From assembly GCA_963699145.1 (NCBI GenBank), contig OY969416.1, forward strand, positions 4,254,456 to 4,318,455: DNA of 64,000 bases. Direction: 5' to 3'. A program made the translations under genes and the position numbers. The first letter of the stretch is position 1, and every line of letters starts with the position of its first letter. Source of the stretch: an uncultured Verrucomicrobiae bacterium. Its GTDB lineage: Bacteria; Verrucomicrobiota; Verrucomicrobiia; Limisphaerales; DASXHY01. Below, one piece after another: positions 38,301 through 45,817 of the stretch. The notes beneath the pieces were generated by a model. The model searched no databases. It was given only the letters and a program-made list of their open reading frames with translations, and was not told where the DNA came from.

Positions 38301-41277
38301 GACCCACACCCAGCATCCGCAATCGATGCGCCACCTGGTTGGCGCGCGCGTTCAATTCCACATAGCTGAAACGTTCCGCGCCATCGATCAAAGCGATCGC
38401 CGCCGGTGAGCGCGTCACTTGCGCTTCGAACAATTGCGCCAGCGTCGCATCGCGCGGGTATTCGCGCTCGGTGGCGTTCCACTCGACGAGAACTTTCTGC
38501 AACTCCTCTTCCGGCAACATCGGCAACGCGCCCAATCGCTGCGACGGGTCGGCCACCATCGCCGTGAGCAACACCTCGAAATGCCGCGCCATGCGGGCGA
38601 TGCGATCCGCATCGAATAACGCCGTGCTGTATTCGAACCAGCCCGCCATCCCGTCAGAGACTTTTTCGAGATGCAATCGCAAATCGAGTTTGCACGTTTG
38701 GTTATGAATTTCCTCCGGCTCGAAACCAAGCCCGGCCGCCTCAATTTTTTCCAACGGCCGATCCTCGTAATCAAACAGCACCTGGAAAATGGAATTGTAG
38801 CTCGCGTTGCGCTCCAGCTTCAGCTCCGCCAGGATTCTCTCGAACAACAACGCATCATTCGCCAGCGCACCGCGCGTGCCCTCGCAAACCCGGCGCAGGA
38901 ATTCGCGAAATTCCGGATCACCGCTGGCATCCGCCCGCAGCGCAATGAGGTTGTCGAATTTCCCGATCATCCCCTCCAGTCCGGCGCGAGGGCGAATGCT
39001 CACCTTGGAACCAACCACGAGATCCGTCGCGCCAGTGTAACGCGAAAGCAGCGTTTGGAACCCGGCCAGCAACACCATGAACGGCGTGCACTGCTCCCGC
39101 CGGCTCAAAGTTTCGACCGCATCCGCAAGCTCTTTCGGCAACACAAAACGCTGGCGCGCCCCCGCATCGCTTTGATGCGCCGGCCGCGGCCGGTCCGCCG
39201 GCAAATCCAGCAACGCCGGCGCGTCCTTGAGCCGTTGCATCCAGAATTCAAGCTGCTTCTTCTCGATCTCCGGCGGAAGTTGCAAACTCTCGAGCGCCGC
39301 GGCATAGCGACAACTGGGCGACGGCAGCGTCACCGGATGGCCGCTCACAAATCCCCCGTAAAGCGCCACCAACTCCTCCACCAAAATGCGCGTGGAAATC
39401 GAGTCACACGCCACCCCATGCAGGACGATGAGCAGCAAATGCTCGTTTTCACTAAGCCGCAGGAGTCGTGGATGCAGCACTGGCCGCGACATCACATAAG
39501 GCTTCGCCGCCTCTTTGATCGCCGCCTCCCGCGCCGCCGCCTCGCGTTCCGCTTCCGGCACATTGGAAAAATCACTCACCGGCAACTGCACCTCTCGTGG
39601 TTCGCAAATGATCTGCACCGATTTGCCATTCTCGACTGGAAAAATCGCGCGCAACGCCTCATGCCTCAGATACAGCGCGGTGAAACTCTGTTCCAACGCG
39701 CGAATATCCAGCGGGCCGCTCAATCGCACCATGGTCGGAATGTTGTAATTCGATTGCCCCGGCTCGAATTGATCCAGGAACCACGTGCGCCATTGCCCGG
39801 GCGTCAACGGAAGCTGTTCGCCCCTGGTCATCGCGGTGACCGGAAGCACCGGCTGATTTTCCGTGCTCACCTCGGCCAGATCCTCCGCCAGTGCGGCCAC
39901 CGTCGGCAGCATGAACAAACTTTCCAGCGGCGTCTCCATTTGCAGCGTCTCGCGAATCTGCGTGATGACCTGTGTCGCCAGCAGCGAATGGCCGCCCAGG
40001 TCAAAGAAATTATCCTCCACCCCGATGCCTTCCAGGCCGAGCACTTGCTCCCAGATGCGCGCGATCACTTCCTCCATCGGCGTGCGCGGCGCGACAAATC
40101 GCGAACTCAAATCCGGCCGCCCGCGGCCCGGCTCCGGCAGCGCGCTCCGGTCCACCTTGCCCGCGGGAGTCATCGGCAATGCCTCCAACCGCACAAACGC
40201 CGCCGGCACCATGTGGAAAGGAAGTTGCGCTTTCAGGAACGCCAGCAGATCACCCACGCTCACCTTCGTGCCCGCAGCGGGAACGTAATAGCCAATCAAT
40301 TTCTTGTTGGTTTCCCCGCGCGACACCACGATCGCTTCCTTCAAATTCGGATGCGTCCGCAAAATGGCTTCAATCTCACCCAACTCCACGCGAAACCCGC
40401 GAATCTTCACCTGCTCGTCCGCGCGTCCGATAAACTCGATCACACCATCCGCGCGCATTCGCGCCAAATCGCCGGTTCGGTAAAAGCGCGCTGCCGCCAG
40501 GCTTGGCACGCGATGTTCAATAAACGCTGCCGCCGTGAGTTCCGGCCGATTCAAATATCCGCGCGCAACTCCAAGCCCGCCGATAAATAATTCCCCCGTT
40601 TCGCCAATCGCAACCGGTTTTAAATTGCCATCCAGAATCGCCGTATCGACATTTGGCAGCGGCCGCCCGATCGGCAGGCTTTCATCAGTCAAACGCGCCG
40701 CGTGCATCGTGGCGATCACGGTCGCCTCCGTCGGCCCGTAGGTGTTGATTAGTTTCACCGCCTCGCCGACGCGGAATTTCCACCGGCGCCACGCTTCATC
40801 CGACGCTTTCTCGCCCCCGATGACCACCAATCGAACCGACTGCGGCATCAAAGCCGTCTGCAAATAATCGACAATTTCGTGCCAGTACGCCGTCGGCAGA
40901 TTCAGCACCGTCAATCGCTCGCGCTCGATAAATTCCATGAACTTCGCCGTGCCGGCCAGCACTTCCTCATCACGCAACACAATCGCGCACCCGCGCAACA
41001 AACTGGGAAAAATTTCCTCAACTGAGATGTCGAAACTGACCGGGCTGAATTGCAACACACGATCTTCCGCGCGCAAATCATACGCGCTCGCCACCGCCAA
41101 ATTATGATTCAGCAACGAACGCTGCGTAATCTCCACGCCCTTCGGCTTCCCGGTGGAACCGGAAGTGTAAATCACGTAGGCGAGATTCTCGGATTGACCC
41201 GCGGGCGCCAAATTATCGGCCGGTGCCGCCTCAATCGCCGCCGCCTGCGCCGGCTCATCGAGGCAAACCACTTTCAC
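32362..41277 (-). CDS. Non-ribosomal peptide synthetase, 3' portion (rest of A2)-T-C-A-T-C-FkbH-T-TE; continuous with 41255..45817 apart from a 1-nt frameshift
   Basis: This 2971-aa ORF begins in mid adenylation domain (…VKVVCLDEP…[17 protein letters not shown]). Domains were assigned from core motifs; see the sub-features below. Confidence 0.95.
   Translation of the reverse strand: [2971 protein letters not shown]
32428..33225 (-). other. NRPS domain TE2 (terminal thioesterase, Cys at nucleophile position); approximate bounds
   Basis: [13 protein letters not shown]..., nucleophile elbow [15 protein letters not shown] (Cys codon TGC at 32998-33000), [13 protein letters not shown] (His). Confidence 0.8.
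33283..33492 (-). other. NRPS domain T4 (carrier protein); approximate bounds
   Basis: [24 protein letters not shown] (phosphopantetheine Ser in GGHS). Confidence 0.85.
33688..35277 (-). other. FkbH-like domain (HAD-IIIC phosphatase plus C-terminal acyltransferase-like half) in place of an A domain; approximate bounds
   Basis: [22 protein letters not shown]...; HAD motif I [61 protein letters not shown]...[17 protein letters not shown]...[13 protein letters not shown]. No AMP-binding core motifs occur between C3 and T4. Confidence 0.8.
35353..36666 (-). other. NRPS domain C3 (condensation, canonical HHxxxDG); approximate bounds
   Basis: [15 protein letters not shown]..., [21 protein letters not shown]. 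Confidence 0.85.
36733..36939 (-). other. NRPS domain T3; approximate bounds
   Basis: [24 protein letters not shown]. Confidence 0.85.
36958..38445 (-). other. NRPS domain A3 (adenylation); approximate bounds
   Basis: [85 protein letters not shown]. A by-eye specificity-residue read gives D-L-F-S-N-A-L-T-Y-K, which is tentative and close to the Ala-type code DLFNNALTYK as I recall it. Confidence 0.8.
38503..39816 (-). other. NRPS domain C2 (condensation-like, degenerate active-site motif); approximate bounds
   Basis: [15 protein letters not shown]..., RHEALRAIF are present, but the HHxxxDG position reads [10 protein letters not shown]. Confidence 0.75.
39883..40086 (-). other. NRPS domain T2; approximate bounds
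   Basis: [24 protein letters not shown]. Confidence 0.85.
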
Positions 41278-41620
41278 GCCTTGAACGTTCAGTTCCGAAA
41301 AGCACTTCCGTGCGCGTCAGCAACAGTCTGGCGCGCGAATCACTCAGCATGTAAGCGATCCGCTCATCGGGATACGAACGATCCAGCGCCAGATACGCTC
41401 CACCCGCTTTCCAAATCGCCAGCAGCGCGATAATCAATTCCGGCGAACGCTCCAGGCACACCGCCACCAGCGTTTCCGGGCCCACCCCCAGCGCGCGCAA
41501 TTGGTGCGCCAATTGATTTGCGCGGCGATTCAGCTCGGCATAAGTGATCTCCTGCTTTCGGAATCGAACCGCCACCGCCTCGGGCGTGCGCGCAGCCTGT
41601 TCTTCAAAATGCTGTGGATA
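40123..41620 (-). other. NRPS domain A2 (adenylation), interrupted by the frameshift at 41298-41301; approximate bounds
   Basis: The N-terminal part lies in the upstream ORF ([14 protein letters not shown]...[10 protein letters not shown]...ARLLLT). The remainder lies in the downstream ORF ([69 protein letters not shown]). Confidence 0.85.
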
Positions 41621-44600
41621 AATTTTGTCGAGCGGAAAGCGAACCTGCTCGCCCGCCGCGACCGAACCCTCATTTGTCGGCGGCTTCGAGGCCACGCCAT
41701 TTAATTTCACCACCGGTTGCTGAGTTTTGCCGGGCTCCGCGGCAGCGAGGACATCGAGACGGATTTTTAATTCCTTCGCGAGCGATTGCACGCAAGGCTC
41801 TTCCAGGATTTTTTCGTGCACGCCTGGCACGATGCTGATGTCGACGCCTTTCGCCATGACTCCCCAGCCGTAATCGGCTTCAAACGAACACAAGATGGGA
41901 TGGCCCGGGCTGCGAAACAAATGGATGCGGCCGGCGTATCCCTTGGGGTGATAGTCCAGCAAAGCGCTAATGTGCGTGCGCCAAAGTCTTCGTTGATCCT
42001 CAGGAAACGAGGAGAGATCCACGAGGTTGCCGGCGTCCACCTTGAGCCGTTTGACGAAACCGTGCTCCAGCACTCCCGACAGCCGTTGCCGCAAGACTTC
42101 CTTTTTCCAACGGAAGAATTCGCGACGTTGAGCGGGAGTCCAATGCCGGAAATATTCTCCCCAGTACACCAGGTTTTTCGCAAACCGCGCAAGCCATGCG
42201 GGCGTCCAGGAAACTTTTTCGTATTCGGAATTCGGCGGCGAACAATTGAGCAGCGCGAGCATCGCCACTTCTTCGCCCTGTGCCTTCAATTGCCGCGCCA
42301 TTTCATACGCCACGTTTCCGCCAAAACAATATCCGCCGAGATGATACGGTCCGCGCGGCTGCAGCCCGCGGATGTCCTTGATATATTGCGCGGCCATCTC
42401 CTCGATGCTGCCCATCTCCTCGCCGCCGTCGAGCCCGCGCGATTTCAATCCGTAAACCGGCTGCTCCGTGCCGAGGTGGCGCGAAAGATTCACATAACCC
42501 CAAAACATGCCGCCGCCCGCCCCGTGCACGAGAAACAACGGCGGACGCGTGCCCTGCGATTGAATCTCCACCAGCGACGTGCCCGCGAGCGCGGACCCTT
42601 CCTGGATCTCTTCGCGAATGACCGCGGCCAGTTGCTCGATTGTCGGCGACTGAAAAACCGTCGCGACCCGCAATCGGCGTCCAAAAACCTTTTCAATCTG
42701 CGCGATCAATTTGACCGCCAGCAGCGAATGGCCGCCGAGATCAAAAAATTTGTCCTCGATGCCAATCGGATGCACGTCAAGCACGCTCTCCCAAATCTCC
42801 GTCAGCTTGAGTTCCACGGCATCGCGCGGCGTGGCCAGGCCTTCCACGAGCGGACGGCCGGTGCTGGGCTCCGGCAACCCTTTCCGGTCCACTTTTCCAT
42901 TGGGCGTCAGCGGCAACGCCTCCAGCGGCACAAACGTCGACGGCACCATGTGTTCCGGCAGACGTTCCTTGAGAAAACGCAGCAACTCGTCGAACGACGG
43001 AACTCTTTTGCCGCTGCAAACGTAATACGCCACGAGCCGATCGCGGCCCGAACGTTCCTTTCGCATCGACACCACACACTCGCGCACCGCCGGATGGCGG
43101 TCGAGAACGCACTCAATCTCGCCCAACTCCACGCGGAACCCGCGAATCTTAACCTGCTCATCCAGGCGCCCGAGAAATTCGATGTTTCCATCCGGCAGCC
43201 ACCGCGCCAAGTCGCCGGTCTTATAAAGCGATTGCCCTTCGCGAAACGGATTCGCAATGAACTTTTGCGAGGTCAGATGCGGCCGATTCCAATACCCCCG
43301 CGCCAACCCTTCGCCGCCCACGTGCAATTCACCCGGAACTCCAATCGGCACCGGGTTCAAATGCGCATCCAAAATGTAGCATTGCGAATTCGCAATGGGC
43401 CGGCCTATGGGAACGTTCGTCGCGTTTGCGGGCATCCCGCGAACCTCATAACATGCCGAAAAGGTGGTGTTCTCCGTCGGCCCGTATCCGTTGACCAGGC
43501 GCTGCGGCGGTTTGTGCTTGAGCACACGCGCCACCGATTTCGGGTCCCCCGCCTCACCGCCAAACATCATCGTGCGCACTGTCGCAAAGGCATCCGGCAC
43601 TTCCGCCGCCAGTTGGTTGAACAACGCCGCCGTCAAAAACATCGCGCTGATATTCTGCTCGCGCAGTTCCCGCGCAAAATCCTTCGGCGACAGCGTGACA
43701 TCGCGCGTGATGCCCACCAGCGTCGCGCCGTTGAGCAACGCGCCCCAAATCTCAAACGTCGCCGCGTCGAACGACGCCGTCGAAACCTGCGCCACGCGAT
43801 CCTCGCTCGTGAATTGAATGTAATTCGTGTTCAACACGAGCCGGTTCACGGCGCGATGCGGCACCGCCACGCCTTTCGGCATCCCGGTCGAGCCCGAAGT
43901 GTAAATCACGTAAGCGAGACTATCCGGCGTGCCTGTGCGCGGCAGATTTTCGCGGCTTTCGCGCGCGATCAATTCCCATTCGGAATCCAAACACACCGCA
44001 TTCGCGGGCTTCGGCAGCCGGTCGAGCAATCGTTGATGCGTCAGCAACACCGGCGTCTCCGAATCGGCCAGCATGAAAGTGATTCGGTCGCGGGGATACG
44101 TGACTTCAATCGGCACATACGCGCCGCCGGCTTTCAAAATCGCCAGCAGGCCGACAATCATTTCCAGCGAACGATCCAGACAAATCCCCACCAGCACATC
44201 CGGACCGACGGAATATTTTTTCAGGTAATGCGCCAGCCGATTCGCGCGATAATTCAATTCCTGGTACGTCACGGATTGATTGCCGAAAACCACCGCCACC
44301 GCATTCGGCGTCCGCTCCGCCTGCGCCTCGAACAATTCGTGGATGCACTTCTCCCGCGGGTATTCCGTCGCGGTGTTGTTCCAATCCACCACCACCTGTC
44401 GGCGCTCCGCTTCGCCCAGCAACGGCAGTTCCGACAATCGGCTTTTCGGGTTGGTCGCAATGCCTGCGAGCAAAATTTCGAAGTGTTCCAGCAACCGGTT
44501 GATCGTGCTCGTCTCGAACAAATCGCGGTTGTATTCCGCCTGCGCCACCAAGCCGCGCTCGGTCACCTGCAAAACCATCGTCAGGTCGAATTTCGCCGTG

Positions 44601-45817
44601 TCGGTTTCGCAATCGACGAACTGCAACTTCAGCTTCGGCCACGCCATTTCGCCCAGCGTGCTGTTTTGCAGGACAAACATCACGCGCGTGAACGGCATGT
44701 TGGTCGCCGCGCGTTCGGGGTGCAAATCTTCAACGAGTTTCTCGAACGGCAACTCCTCGTGCGCATAGGCGTTCAACGTGGTCTCGCGAACGCGCTGCAA
44801 AAGTTCTTCAAAGCTCGGATTGCCCGAAATATCCGTCCGCAGCAAAAGGGTATTGACGAAAAAGCCAATGAGCGCCTCGGTTTCGACGCGATTACGCCCG
44901 GCGATCGGTGAGCCAATGACAATGTCCTCCTGTTGCGTATAGCGATGCAATAACGCCTTGAACGCGGCCAGCGAGACCATAAACAGCGTCGCTCCGTGGC
45001 GCGCGCCCAGTTGCGTCAGCGACTCGCCCAGCTTGCTCGGCAACACGCGCGATTGAATCGTGCCGCGAAAAGTCTGCACTGCCGGACGCGGATGATCCGT
45101 GGGCATTTCCAAAACCGGCGGCGGCCCCTGCAAATTCTTGCGCCAATACGCCAATTGTTTCTCCAGCAAATCGCCTTGCAGCGTCTCCCGTTGCCACACC
45201 GAGTAATCCGCGTATTGAATCGGGAGCGCCGGCAATTGCGGCTGCCGTCGTTCGCAATGCGCGGCATACAATTCACCCAATTCCCGGAAACAGATTTTCA
45301 AAGACCACTCGTCGGACACGATATGGTGAATGTTCAGGACGAACCAATGATCCTCCGGCTGCATGCGAATGAGCGTCGCGCGAATGGGCGCGCCGGAACT
45401 CAGATTAAACGGCCGATTCACTTCGGCGCGCACCAACGCCTGCGCCTTTTCCTCCCGCTGCGTCGCCGCCTGGCCGCTGAGATCGTGCAATTCCAAATTC
45501 AGCCGCAAAGTTTTATCAACGAGCTGCGCGGGATTTCCCTCCGCATCGACGAATCGCGTCCGCAAACTATCGTGCCGCGCCATCAGGCCCTCGAGCGCAG
45601 CGCGCAGCGCTTCGATCTCCAGCGCGCCGGTCAGGTGCACAACCGTTGGCACACTGTACAGTGGGCTGTTCGGCTCGAGTTGGTCCAGGAACCAAAGGCG
45701 TTGTTGGGCGAACGAAAGCGGGATCGTCGTCTCCGCGGCTTTGCGGAGCCGCTCGGCCAACAAAGCGCGTTTCGTTTTGCCCTGGTTGTCCGGAGTGGAA
45801 TTCAGCAAAACACTCAT
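41255..45817 (-). CDS. Non-ribosomal peptide synthetase, 5' portion C-A-T-TE-(start of A2)
   Basis: 1520-aa ORF. Its last ~12 residues ([14 protein letters not shown]) are out-of-frame read-through after an extra T in a T4 run. The correct continuation, [20 protein letters not shown], is in the frame of ORF 32362..41277. Confidence 0.95.
   Translation of the reverse strand: [1520 protein letters not shown]
41768..42556 (-). other. NRPS domain TE1 (internal thioesterase, Cys at nucleophile position); approximate bounds
   Basis: [13 protein letters not shown]..., [15 protein letters not shown] (Cys codon TGT at 42326-42328), [13 protein letters not shown]. It is followed in the same open frame by a ~50-aa linker and then A2. 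Confidence 0.8.
42617..42829 (-). other. NRPS domain T1; approximate bounds
   Basis: [24 protein letters not shown]. Confidence 0.85.
42848..44341 (-). other. NRPS domain A1 (adenylation); approximate bounds
   Basis: [84 protein letters not shown]. A by-eye partial specificity read gives D-A-F-?-M-G-G-T-F-K, which is tentative and resembles aliphatic Val/Ile-type codes. Confidence 0.8.
44408..45724 (-). other. NRPS domain C1 (N-terminal condensation domain, no carrier protein upstream in cis); approximate bounds
   Basis: [45 protein letters not shown] (HHxxxDE). It starts ~30 aa after the initiator Met. Confidence 0.85.

Noticed and set aside
32437-44911. Very long plus-strand ORFs opposite the NRPS (32437..35073 of 878 aa; 35425..36570; 37273..38409; 38671..40590 of 639 aa; 41786..44911 of 1041 aa).
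   Set aside because: They are antisense shadow ORFs of a high-GC coding region. The translations are Arg/His/Gln/Leu-rich low-complexity strings with no family motifs, whereas the minus strand carries dense, ordered NRPS core motifs.
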